A stretch of 64,000 nucleotides of DNA. Source: Lytechinus pictus. Its lineage: Eukaryota. The position numbers and the translations under genes are program-made. Below the pieces are notes generated by a model. It was not told the origin of the DNA. It was given only the letters and a program-made list of their open reading frames with translations, and did no database searches. The stretch covers positions 42,098,001-42,162,000 of the forward strand of contig NC_087249.1 of assembly GCF_037042905.1 (NCBI RefSeq). The letters are read 5' to 3'. Of this stretch, positions 1 to 11,665 are shown one piece after another (the first letter of the stretch is position 1; each line of letters starts with the position of its first letter).

Positions 1-1408
1 ATATACAGTGTATAAAGTACAACGCCATGTTATAACGTGTTACAAGCAGCGAGACTCGATAATTGAGCCGTGATCAAAAATTGAGCGCGAAATCTCGTGG
101 GTCATTAAGGTGTAAACCACCAGGGGACCCCGAACATAAAGTGAAAATATGAACGCCAAATGCGACTTTTTAAAGTTCACCCTTGGAGTACCTTGTCCCC
201 ATTTCCATTCAAAGTCGGATTTCATTTAAAAATCTTCATTTACCAATTTTACGAGTTGAAATTCTTCGGCGCGTCAAAATTGTATTACCACGTAACGAAA
301 CTATTATATCACTTGTCCGAGAACTATATATATGTTTGATGTTCAATAGACTGCCTTAATTGACATCGGCGACATTTCAAAACGCTTAACTGGAAATAAG
401 ACGCCATTAATTTATGTCTTGTGGCATCACATGAAGATATTAAAGTATTCTCTCGAGTGGGGTACTCCGGATCGAAAGGGGGGTAATCATACTTTGATTA
501 ATATACTGGACGAATGCTTGTCTTTACCCCATAACCCCTCCAACATCCATTGCTCCGGCCTGCATTAATCCTTAGAAGTATTAATATAGCTAGTAGCTAC
601 ACTGCAAGAAGATACAATACTCATTGGTCTTAACATGTTAAAGAGCGCGATAATTGTGCGTACCAGCATCGACAAAGTATTACTATACAGACATAAGAGT
701 TTCATTTCATCTCACATCGTTCTTTCGAGAATTCGTGATATATGGCCTTAATAAAATAGATATCTGTGCGTTGAACATCCTTCGTATCTCTCACATAAAT
801 CATTTCGTTACAACATGGTCTATAAAAACTGTAAAATGAGAACATTTCGATTCCATATTTCACCCTCTTTCGGCGCGCAACGTTTTGAATATGAAAAATT
901 GATGAAAGTTCGTTTATACAATATAGATCACAAAAGAACGTGGTGGCGACCGTGCTGTGGATTTCAATCACTATGAGGGGATTAGCTTAATCTTAAAGGT
1001 CATACAAGGATTCTGGTTTTATACTGGCCTATGTCACAAACAGAAAACCTACACAGAGTTTGTCAATATGCACCGCAGTTGGTGCAGATTATAAAACAGG
1101 TCTAATTTACATATAAATAACACATAATGTTGATGTATGATCCGACTTACAATCAATGTTTAACACGTTTCTTGTGAATGTGAAACATGTATTGCTACTA
1201 GTGGTGAGTATATACCTTAAAATAGTTAAGGATGCTTTGAATAAATCAAATCTTCCAGTAAATTGAAACGTCGCGCGAACTTGATTGACTTAAACTGTAA
1301 TATGTGAATCATGAATTATTCTGTTTCTTTCTCAATCATTCATTCTAAGACTTCTTTGAGACATTCTTTATTCTATGAAAAAAAGTAAGGGGAAAAGAAG
1401 ATACTTAC
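1..1408 (-). other. Intron 1 of the FGF gene (partial)
   Basis: Begins at the GTAAGT donor at 1408. No further FGF exon is recognisable in 1-1408. Confidence 0.8.
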
Positions 1409-2117
1409 AATATACATCCATATTATCCCGCGTTCCATTAATCGTTCCGTCCTCGTGAACGGCAAGGCGAAAGTTGGTTCGGCAGAAAAGCTGCGTCGGT
1501 TGCTTGGAGTTGTAAATAAGGGGACTCCCTCGACTTGATGCTTTTCTCTTTACCCTCCGACTGGGCTCGGCGTCGGCCTGGCTGCCTGTCCGTAGGTGGT
1601 GCTGGAGCGACGAGTCTGAATTCATTGGGCTCCAGCTATGCAACCTCTCACCTTGCTCTGTTCTATTTGAACCAGATGATGATGAGGGTGGCGAAGAGTT
1701 TAATCTCGACAACACTGAAGCAGTTAATTTTGATAACGTCGTCGACGACGATGTAATGTTTGATAATTTTATTTGATTAATAATATTATTGCTAACACTG
1801 TTGGATGATTTGTGCCCCTCCTTTGCGGCGGAGTCCGTGCTGATGCTGGCACTGTTTTTTGAAGCTAAGATATTTTTGAGCAACGCGCTGTTGTCAGCGT
1901 CTCTGATTGTTGCGGATATTGTGTGAATTTGTTGGTGCTGATTGTGGTGTTGTTGCCTCGTGTCGGCGTGTTCTCTTCTCGTTCGCATCCCGCCATCGTC
2001 CGATAACCCCGCTGCCAGGGATACGCATAAGAACCCGATGATGATGACATGCGAGGCTCTCTTACTCGCCGGTATCGTCGACGACCACCAATAATTTTCA
2101 TCCATCTTCGGTTTCAT
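1409..2117 (-). CDS. FGF9/16/20: Fibroblast growth factor (FGF9/16/20 / FGF-A type), first coding exon; the gene continues off the left edge of the window
   Basis: The ORF ends in the start of an FGF beta-trefoil core (QLFCRTNFRLAVHEDGTINGTRDNMDVY, matching the LYCR..G..L.I..DG.V.GT family pattern). A GTAAGT donor follows (plus strand acttac 1403-1408) at the conserved phase-1 FGF intron-1 position. The N-terminus has a hydrophobic signal segment (VIIIGFLCVSLAAG), a long Ser/Asn/Gln-rich region and RRVKRK. The first ATG is at 2117; a second in-frame ATG at 2105 has better context (AAGATGG). Subfamily call rests on recalled similarity and synteny. Confidence 0.9.
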
Positions 2118-2539
2118 GGAAACCGCGTCGCACACAGACGATGTCCAACGCGAAATCCAATCTCTTCAAAAAGATATCAAAATACAAATTATGATTACAG
2201 AAGAACTACGAAGCATGAAACGCATCTGTTCACAATCCAAAATTCTGAAGAAAAAAATAATTAATTCCAATGAATATTTAGCCGATCGCGTTCAAATCCA
2301 TTTGCACGTCGAAACTCCATGCGATTAAGTTTAAGTAATCCAATTTGTATTAAAAAAATAAAAGTGGCAAAGAAGAGTTGACGAAAAGTAAAATGTGAAT
2401 GAATTATTGGAGACGAGCGAAGTAAGAATCCCAAGAGAGGCCTTAGATGTCGGTTGTTATCCGGGAGACGAAATGTAGGAAGGAGAGGGGATAAGTACCA
2501 ACCAGGCGGAACGGACTGTTAGTCGAGTATGACAAGGTC

Positions 2540-2800
2540 TCAAATCTCGCACGAGCTCACATCACTGTCATTTACAGCTTCCAATCGAGGCTAGGATCTA
2601 CATGAACACACTGCGCACGCGCCTAATGACGTTGACTGAATCGAGTGGGCGTGGACAAATCCGCTTCGTTTGTCACAGAGAAGAGAAAAAAAGGAGGGAA
2701 GAAGGTAAACTTTTTTTCTCTCTCCTTCGCCAACAGATCGGAAGACGGGACTTCCTCGGCAAAATCCGCAAACACGAATGCGTTATTTCTTGAACACTCA
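2540..2800 (-). promoter_or_regulatory. Putative FGF proximal promoter, CpG-rich
   Basis: CpG-rich stretch upstream of the ATG with CCAATC (2581), TGCGCACGCGC (NRF1/P3A2-like, ~2612), TGACGT (~2627), a GC/KLF box GGGCGTGG (~2647) and TGACAG on the minus strand (~2565). The TSS cannot be located from sequence alone. Confidence 0.45.
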
Positions 2801-3105
2801 TTCAGTTCACCGTCTCGAATGGTGACGAATAAGTTGAGATGAGTTTATGGATGAGACGGTTATAATGTTTTAGTCAGGCATTATTATCTTTGGTGGTGTG
2901 GCTACTGGGTGCCCAAGCCCATCTTCATGATCGTTGGTTTAGCGGCTTGGTGACTCGTCTCCATGTAGTCTACAGCCCGATGGGTAGTGTCCGTGTTCAT
3001 GTAACTCGTCACCTGTTAAAGCAACAGGAAGGGTCACACCTAAACAGACAAAACAAAAGAAAATGCGATTTAAGAAATGGAGAAGAGATAGGGTGGTGAC
3101 GAGAA

Positions 3106-3243
3106 NNNNNNNNNNNNNNNNNNNNNNNNNNNNNNNNNNNNNNNNNNNNNNNNNNNNNNNNNNNNNNNNNNNNNNNNNNNNNNNNNNNNNNNNNNNNNNN
3201 NNNNNNNNNNNNNNNNNNNNNNNNNNNNNNNNNNNNNNNNNNN
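3106..3243. other. Assembly gap (N run)
   Basis: Run of n, flanked by purine-rich low-complexity sequence. Confidence 0.99.
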
Positions 3244-5091
3244 GAAAGAAACGAAGAAACAAAGAAAGGAAAGGAAGAAAGAAGGTGGGAAGAAATAAAG
3301 AGAGATGGGGAGAGAGATCGAAACTTCTAGAGGGAAAGGGGGGGGGGCAAAACCCCATAAAGGATAAGAATGAGAAAGAGAGGAACAGGTTCCAGGGAAC
3401 ATATAGGCATAATAGACAGAGTTTGATAGATGGAGGGGGGGGGGGGAGAGAGAGACAGAGGAGACGATGATAAATATACACAAATTGGTGAGTTAAGGTT
3501 TTGCATTAGTGAGTTCAGTGGTTGTATCATTAGCCAAATTAAGCCCTAAAATGTCTGTTTCCTGCGACACAATATAGAACATTCAACCCATGGGTTATCA
3601 GACAAATGAATATACACCGTCAGTGTCTATTCTAAATTGACTATTGTAATCGACACACACGCGCTGTTTTACTTTGCTATTGTTTGTTCTTAAAGGCCGG
3701 ACGTTAAATAATTTTCTTAATCCACTGGTGTGATTTACTTTATTTACAATGCATGCACGCCCATGTTACTAGCACCAATTCATTAATGTAATCAGGTGAT
3801 ATACACAACGGGTGATTTCAAGTTCAGTGTTGACCTTTTGGTGTTTGTGTTAGGTCAATTTTTACACGATTATAACACCAAACATAAAAAGACGATGGTC
3901 CCGAAAAGTCACTCACTAGTTGTTGAGATGTCAATAATGTGACCTGGATCAGTTTTACAAAGTCTGATTAGGTTTTGGAGCAAGGGGAGGCAATCCAAAT
4001 TTCAACACCAACACCGGACTTGAAATCATCCAACGTGTGGTTTGTCTCTAATGTAGAAATGCAACTCCGAGATACTCAAGTAAATATATTTCCTAAAATA
4101 AAAAAAAGCGTTTTTATAATGTGGATGAAAAATCTGCAAAAACTATGTAGTAATACCTACTTCGGGCTCGAATGATTTGTGAGTGAGATTCATTTCCCCT
4201 TCATGGATTAAAATGGTGCTTAGAATACTCCTCTTTGAAGTCAGTTTATCCAAACTTTCTTAATCTTTCATAATCTCAACCAATTAATGTCAATTTGAAT
4301 TCGTTTAGGGATATTAAATAAAATGACATAATATTGTGAATTAGAGGGGAGTAATCGTTTACAAAAAAAGTATATACACCTTTATAAATCATTTTGTTCT
4401 AGGATATTCAAAATAGATTGAGTTAGATTGAGTTACCGTTTACATAAATCCTCTACCCGTGCGACCTATCATTTTTTTTCAGTTTTCAATCATTTACTTT
4501 TCCATTATTTCCCCCCATTTTTTACTTTTCAATGGTCGTTGTGAATTCTCGTTTTCACTTTAATTTGTTATTAACCTTTAAACTTTTTTCGGTATTTATT
4601 TTAAAGGCAACTCAAATTGGGACGGAAGGTTGATAAAAATTGATTGATAGACATATACGACACACAGCAAATGCATACATTTTTTTTTACCTCACAATGT
4701 TATTTGGTTAAAAAGCATACTATAATTCAGCCCCCCCCCCCATTAAATTATACATTTTATAGAAGCAAGAAAGAATTATTTTTCGAAAAGTGATCCGCTT
4801 TATACTGCTAAGTCTGATGTATCAGTGTCATCTATGAAAAAGCTATAAGACGATTGATTTATAAAAAGGTTCTGTACATATGCCTAGCTTCAGTTAGACA
4901 TGACAATGATGTATTCAATTTCTCTAAAAACACAAATATTTTCTTATTCTATTCACTATTAAACGAATGAATGCTCAAATGACTACGGAAATTAAAGTGA
5001 ATGAATAAATTCAATAAGCTACTAAAGAATTGAAGTCATAAATGAATAGATAGAATAATAAATAAATGATTATGTGAATAGCTAATTGTGT

Positions 5092-5365
5092 GAGTGTGTT
5101 GGCTCAGTTGGTAGAGGGTCCGTCTCACAACCGGGAGGTCGGGAATTCGGATTCAAACAACGGCCATGACGGCCGCGTCAGACCAAAAGACGTTAAAACT
5201 GGGATGGGTAGTTGCTGCTACCCTGTTTGGCGTTCAACGATTAAGGGATAGAGCCTCGTCGATCTGGCGCTGCACAGCGACTGCCAGCCCCCGATCAATT
5301 GGGCAAAGTAAATTTTCGGAGTATTTCATTTCATGTCTATTTCGAACAATGAAATATTGATATTC
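5092..5365 (+). mobile_element. tRNA-derived SINE with a central domain resembling the Meta (MetaSINE) domain
   Basis: Pol III A box TGGCTCAGTTGG (5100-5111), tRNA-like anticodon arm and degenerate B box (GATTCAAAC). Then GTCAGACCAAAAGACGTTAAAA...GTAGTTGCTGCTACCCTGTTTGGCGTTCAACGATTAAGGGATAG, recalled as Meta-domain-like, and an AT-rich tail. Confidence 0.75.
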
Positions 5366-5858
5366 GGATTTTCTTTCAGAGTTAACATTTCAACAAATAA
5401 ACCAAAAAATCAATCAATTAATGAATAAATAGATAAAGTAAAATATAGGTAAAGAAATGCTTAAGTGGATAAACAATAGATTATTAAACGGATGAATTAT
5501 ATGCATGTATATCCAAATTGAAATATATATTTCTACACAATGTTTTATTGTCTTTGAATGAAATTTTGATTTTTTTTTTCATGCTGTTATTTTATTTCAA
5601 TAGATTATGTAATTATTTCAGAATAAATTGACTTGTTCCTTTTTAAATTATTAGTGTTTTTCATGCTTTTTTTCTTAGTTTCACATTGATGAATAGAGCT
5701 GTCTGTAGGAATAAACATTTGGCATAGCCACTGATTTTCAATGGGACGGGGTTAAGTTGAATAAGCGAAGCGATTGACCAACAAAGAGTCTGACAGGGGA
5801 CGCAACATCCTACGGAATATATATATATATATATATTACATTAGTGTTGTGAGAGCTG

Positions 5859-6038
5859 CACTCTAAAAACAAATCAGTCCAAAATGACTAGTTAATAGGG
5901 TCAGCTGGGTGCAACTGTTATTATTTTACTAGAATTGAGTTATTTCTGACTAGAATATAATCAGAAATGTGATTAGACTATCACTTGCACCCGGCTGACT
6001 ACTTGTCTAGTCAATTTGACTGATTTGTTTTAAGAGTG
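5859..6038. mobile_element. CACT...AGTG MITE (CACTA/EnSpm-like, non-autonomous)
   Basis: Long imperfect inverted arms CACTCTAAAAACAAATCAGTC / GACTGATTTGTTTTAAGAGTG, with internal TCAGCTGGGTGCAA / TTGCACCCGGCTGA. 2-bp direct flank TG on both sides. Confidence 0.75.
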
Positions 6039-8849
6039 TGGAGTTTTACACAATGAAATGTAAGGTTATGATAATTGATATACTCTATTATAATGCGAAG
6101 GAGCGTAGCGATCGAGAAGAGACAATTTGCTTGTTAATTCAGGGATATATTTTTTTAAAGAAATGAATACATTGTTTTTCAAAAGTTTGTAAACTGCATG
6201 TACGACAATCGTGTAGACTGAAAACAACCTTTTTTGGCTTATTGCATCAGAAATGTGCAGAAAATAATGTTAAGTGATTTTCCAGTGGAAAACTGATGTC
6301 ATAATTCCTCTAAATCGGAGACGCTGAGTGTATGTATACTCTAAGCTTATAGAGAGACAGCATGGGAAAGTGAAGGGCGGACGAGACAGAATATGAAATT
6401 GGTCGATTTTTTTCTCTCTCTTTTTTTTCTTCTTTTATGGAAGACACGGCGCTGTCGGCTCTCCTCGTCCTCGCCGACAATGATTAAGATGACTACAGAG
6501 CTGGAGGAGAATTGTTTATCCATATTCAAAATATATATTCCCCACTGTTTGTTTTATTTAGCTGCCTCCTGGTGCGACACGGGCAGTGTTTAATGTTAGA
6601 TTACTGGGGCCCCCGGGTTTTAGGGCTGTCGTGCACTTTGAGACCTGAGACCAAGTACATCCAATGCCATGTCTCAAGAACTCCTTGCAGATGATGTATG
6701 AGACCCCCCCCCCTGCCTGTTCACTCTCACCATCCCTCCTCTTCTCCTTATGGGGGGGGGGGGGGCTGTTGACCCTAGAGGTACATTATAAGAATCATGC
6801 TATAGGTAGCACCCCTCGTGCCCCCCTTTATAGAAACGAGGATAGATATACTTCTAGGCCCCCTTTTGCAACGAAGACCCCCCCCCCCAACCCCTTCTCT
6901 CCCTTCCTCTCTATATCTCTCATTCTCTTTATCATGTTTATCTAATATTTTAGTCTGAAATATGTCCTTTTTTTGCAGCGAAAACCCTCTGTTTGGGGCT
7001 TTCAAAATACAAACAACATCACTGCATGGTCTATAATGTTAGTATCCCCCCCCCCTAATTATGAAGTCCTGCATCAACCCCGGACCTCATTTACCCTCGT
7101 TTAGCACGATAATGAACTGGCATAGGGCCTGACATTTTACTATTATGAGTAAATGATTTTTGTTTCTTTTTTTTTATCTCACCACATTTTCTATCTGAAA
7201 ACCGAAAGCTTTTTGATAATAGAGCTAATTACTTTTCGAATATTTAATGTAGGAAAATGTAAAAAAATGCAAATTGTCATATCTGAGCACGTGATTACCC
7301 GTAAAAGTACTAGTTTTTTATTTTATTATGGTTGGATGAAAATGGTACCATAATTTATTTATAACATCGGGTTCGCTAAAATGAATATGGATAAAATTTT
7401 GGGAGGAATTATACATATGAATGAATGTCTTTAAATCTGTGAGCAACAACACTAATCTAATCATTGTTTCACATGTTATAACAATAACAGTCTAATACAT
7501 CTCTTAATCTGAGATCGTTTTTTTACTGTGTTACGTAGAACTTCATCCAACGGTTTTCATTTTCCGATATAGCGGTAAAATTTATCTGTCTATTGACCTA
7601 TTTTCATGGAAAATGCTTATGAATTATGATAGCCATCAGACTGGTTTGTAATGTGTTATGTGTGAACAAATATCTTAAAAAACAAATACAAGCTGGTTGG
7701 ATCAATAAATTCATGTAATAAGCCAACGCCAAACATAAAACCACATACCTTAAACAGGAGTGAATGGTTATCATAATGTCAATAATATATGTAATGCACT
7801 GGGTAACAATTATCTTGATAAGAAATGTTTACATGGGTGGATGTGTTGACTAAAAATCAGTTGCAAGGGTACAATACAACCAGGAAGTTTGAATTTTTAA
7901 AAATAATTTCACAAAATAATATACCTCATACAGAGCTGAATTAAAAAAAAATTATGAGTCTTTTGTATTAGCGTAGTAGTTTGTATTGATCAATACGCAT
8001 ATAAGTAGATCATGAACATTGTAAAGTAGAAAACCGTTTTGCATTTCCCATTAGAATTGATAAGTCGACATTGATAAGGGAATATTATCACATAAGATAC
8101 AAAAAAGTGTAGATTGATATGATATATTTTTCATGATTGCTTACCGGTAATTAAATAATAGTGATGGGAATTATTCATAATATCTTGCAATTTTAAACAT
8201 ACCAATCAATGATAAATAATTAACAAAAGTAATTAGTATAAGAGAAAATTATTATCATTCAAAGCTATGAATAACGTTTGAAATATGAGGTCAGTTGGGT
8301 GTATGGTTTAATATGACTTAAATGAAAATGGTTGTCATTGATATAACTCTAAGAAATTTACAAGAGTAAATGTCGTCCAAAGCTTCACTGTTTAACCAAT
8401 TTGTATATCCGTTTCCATAATGTTCTAAAATAATTTTCAGCTTACGCGTGTAACCAAGGGTTATTGATTAATATTCCTATGTGAATTGATAAATTCAATT
8501 TGTTCGTTAATCGAAATGAAGAAAATGCATTCGTAGAAGATGAATTTTTTGACATGTGATTATCCTTTATTTATCGCCAGGGCTTTTGAAGCACAAATTT
8601 AATTATGGAAAAAAAAAATCATTTTGCACAAAATATCATGCAGTCAGGTATAGTATCAGTACCACTAATGCGGGATAATTGAAGAAATAAACGAATGAGA
8701 AAAAATGTACGATCATGAAAGTTCATCTGTGTTGGTAAAAGATAACGATTTTGTTGAACTTTGGTTCACAACACAAAAAACAAAAAATGTAACTATGAAT
8801 AAATTTCGAAGATATTGTAAAAAAAATATATATAAATTTTGAGAAAGAA

Positions 8850-8958
8850 CGCGGTGGTATATTGCGGGTGGTTTTAGCAGACGACGTGCTGCCTTGTTTA
8901 CATTCAACAGCTGATTGATACGCATGCGCACTGAACTGCAGTAGGCAAAATGGCGACC
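8850..8958 (+). promoter_or_regulatory. CpG-rich housekeeping-type promoter/5' UTR of the MICU-like gene
   Basis: NRF1 (sea urchin P3A2)-type element CGCATGCGCA at 8921-8930, YY1-type AAAATGGCG overlapping the start codon, and a forkhead-like TGTTTAC at ~8895. NRF1 plus YY1 is typical of nuclear-encoded mitochondrial genes. Confidence 0.6.
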
Positions 8959-9183
8959 TCCTCGAGATTGTTTACAAGGCAAGCTCAGCGAATGATTTGT
9001 CGCATCCAGCGACAGTACAGCAACAAATCGAGTACCTATGCATCGACGTCGAGAACTGTAGGCCCAGTTGCTGCAAGTATCTGTGGTATTGGTTTTGTGG
9101 CAGCCACTGGTTACTGGTTGTACAATGAAAAGAAATCGCTTCTCCTGCCACCGACTGTGCATGCACGGGAGATCCCGCGGAAG
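8950..9183 (+). CDS. MICU2/3: Mitochondrial calcium uptake protein MICU2/MICU3-like (EFHA1/2), exon 1: presequence plus hydrophobic segment
   Basis: ATG in strong context (AAAATGG), 78 codons, then AAG|GTAAGT phase-0 donor at 9184. Arg/Ser/Thr-rich acid-free presequence, hydrophobic GPVAASICGIGFVAATGYWLY, then PTVHA, resembling the recalled human MICU2 N-terminus (GPLAAAVAGAALAGAG...FTVSAQK). Head-to-head with an FGF9/16/20 gene as in vertebrates. The EF-hand exons are not in the window, so the name is inferred. Confidence 0.7.
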
Positions 9184-9424
9184 GTAAGTACGGTACTAAG
9201 TGGGCGGGGGACGGGGGGTGCGAGATCTTGCTCTACCGCTCAGATTGTGCGGGCTTTTACTTTAGTGTTCAGTTAGGTCTACTTTAATGTCAATATCCTA
9301 TTAGTATTACGATCGAAATGAAACAACATTTGTAATATATGTTCTTTCTTTATGCATGGTCATCGCTTATGCTATGCTAATGGCTATATTTTTTCTTATC
9401 TAGATCTATCTAGATCTTATCTAG

Positions 9425-9486
9425 ATTCCCATTCTGGGAAAAGCGCTCTATAAAAATTGGCTATTATTATTATTATTATTATTATC
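9425..9486 (+). mobile_element. 3' tail of a LINE/SINE (L2/CR1-type tail) ending in (ATT)n
   Basis: GGGAAAAGCGCTCTATAAAAATTGGCTATTATTATT... A similar GTGCT-ANAAAT-TATTATT tail occurs at ~10755-10815 and ends the SINEs at 39602 and 50870. Confidence 0.45.
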
Positions 9487-10342
9487 TAACTTACATGTAC
9501 CGGTACCGGTACCTGTACTTCAAGTTCAACCAGTTGAAATTGAAATTATTCAACTTATTCAATGACGACAGATCATGTCAATTTCTAGACCAAAAGCTTC
9601 AGTCTCTGTATTTTGGTTGTTCCGCTGAACTGCGTTGGCTCACTCACCAATACATAGACTGAAGGGCATGGAGGCCCGTACGTACAGACAACGTATTTTA
9701 GCAGTTACGTTAGATCTAACAGCGGAAACCCGATTTTCCGATCGTTTTTATGTACATAAAATGTCACATTATGAAAAAAAAATCACATCCATATTTACGA
9801 GAAAATGTTTAAAATTCAGAAATATCGTACCTTAGACCGCAGTTACCGCTAATTCCTTTCAAACGATAATCGAAACATCGTCATCTTCGATCCTTTCGTT
9901 GGTCAACGTAAGTTGCCATCTTGGATGACGTCATCATCCTTACAGACGTATTTACCAGTCGCTATATATCGCAATTTGTGCCGCTGCTTTGCGCTTGTAC
10001 ATGTAGATGTGCGTGCGTTCAGAACTTGTCGCTCGCATTGATTGGCCAAGATATCGACAATTTAATCGGAAAGCCTTGATAAAAGCACAATTCGTTGACG
10101 GCTGCCATATTTTCCTCTCCAGCAGAAAATTAAAAAATAAGGAATAACCCGGGGAATAACTCATCGGTAACGTATATTTTCGATATTTTATAGATTTTAC
10201 ATCGTATCAATAGAAAGATTAGAGTCTAAAGAAAATAGTGGGCCTTCGTTCAAGATAATATAATGTCATTTAGAATCTAAAAGAAATGAAAAATCTGGAC
10301 AAAACCCACCCTCCGAATTGTCGAGCCAGATTACACATGCAG

Positions 10343-11665
10343 GCTCGCACTAACACACTACCGTCGGTAAATGGGGATTATAGTAAAATGTCAGAAATTG
10401 TTGAATAAATCCCCAGAAACGACGGTTATTCCTGTCTAGTCAATTTCATGATTAATTGGTCTAGATCTTTAAACATGAAGCGAAGTTATTCATGTTAATT
10501 GTAACTTGGAGCAAACTGAAGTCGATGATTCTGTCGTCCCAATGCTGAATGAAGGTTAAATATGCTTACTGTGTAGTGAGTGTGTGAGGTTCGATTTATG
10601 TGTACTGTAGATATCAATGTGAGCATGACAAGCCATTCATGCAGCAATGGCAGGGTTATCTCCATCCTTGACTCTCTTAAAATCAAAATTTAAAAAATAT
10701 CTCTTTAGTTAAGAAAATATGCTGTGCAGACAGAAGTAAAAAGAGCTCTGAACAAGCGCAGCTGAATATATCCATATAAAAGCTGTGCTTTACAAATTAA
10801 TGTTTATTATTATATTTAGACCAAACGTTTCAGTCTCTCTGCATTTACATGTAGTTGTTTTGGTGAACTTCGTTGTGTGGGCTACACTAACCTGTAGTAC
10901 ATTGACTGAAGTCTCGTACATGTAGGCCCATGCCAGACAGACAATGCATTATAACTCAACTCACACATGTATTTAGAGATCATGAATTTAAGCGAAATTT
11001 TTGTTTGGACGCTTTGAAAATTACTCCATTATGAGAAGAAAAGATTATACAATTAGGAAGTTCATACCTTCAAAAAGTTGTAATTGTAAATTGCCATCTT
11101 ATCAGTGGCAATACATGTATATTGCGATTAGTGTCACTTCCTTTTGTTCATACACGTTCTGCACTTGTCACTCGCATAGATTAGCCAGGATATCAAAAAG
11201 CCTAATCAAACGGCCTTGATAAAAGCCTAATTAAAACAAACAAACTTGGCGTAAATACATGTATTCATATCTGAATGGTACGCGCCTTAAAACCCAAGAA
11301 AACAACGATAACAACTAGGCTGCCAGTTTTTAATCCCCAGCAATAATTTTTGAAAACCAAGAAACAAACATGGTTAACTTTTTTTCTGTAATTTAACATA
11401 TGATGATTAATATTACATGTGCAATAAATGTTCGAATCTAAGGAAAAAAGTGAGCCATCAAGTAAAATTATGCTTGATCTAGTAAAATGCTTAAATTCTA
11501 GACAAACGTACATTATTGTAAGTTAGTATTGGGCAACGTGTGTATTTGCGTAGCGCTCACAGTAACGTACTACTGTCTGCATCTACATGTAGGAATGATA
11601 GTAAAATGTCAGAAATCGTTAAATACTAGTAGATCCCCAGAAAAGACAGTTATTCTTGTGTAGGT
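10343..11665 (+). repeat. Diverged ~100-bp direct repeat pair (10343-10440 and 11553-11665)
   Basis: ATAGTAAAATGTCAGAAAT(T/C)GTT...ATCCCCAGAAA(C/A)GAC(G/A)GTTATTC appears twice about 1.2 kb apart. Confidence 0.8.

Noticed and set aside
1368-1408. C-terminal CKYLLFPLLFFIE of the FGF ORF and the 9184-9276 extension of the MICU-like ORF
   Set aside because: Both lie beyond canonical GTAAGT donors and are intron read-through. The GTG start at 2135 is also not credible.
2116-2328. Plus-strand 70-aa ORF with a coiled-coil-like look
   Set aside because: Antisense to the FGF 5' region, short, with no recognisable family or splice support.
2939-3530. ORFs spanning the N gap (also 38354-38738)
   Set aside because: Open only because of Ns and low-complexity purine tracts.
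5092-5170. tRNA-Val(CAC)-like gene
   Set aside because: The T-arm/B box is disrupted, there is no acceptor stem, and it continues into a SINE body. It is a SINE head, as are 39602 and 51150.
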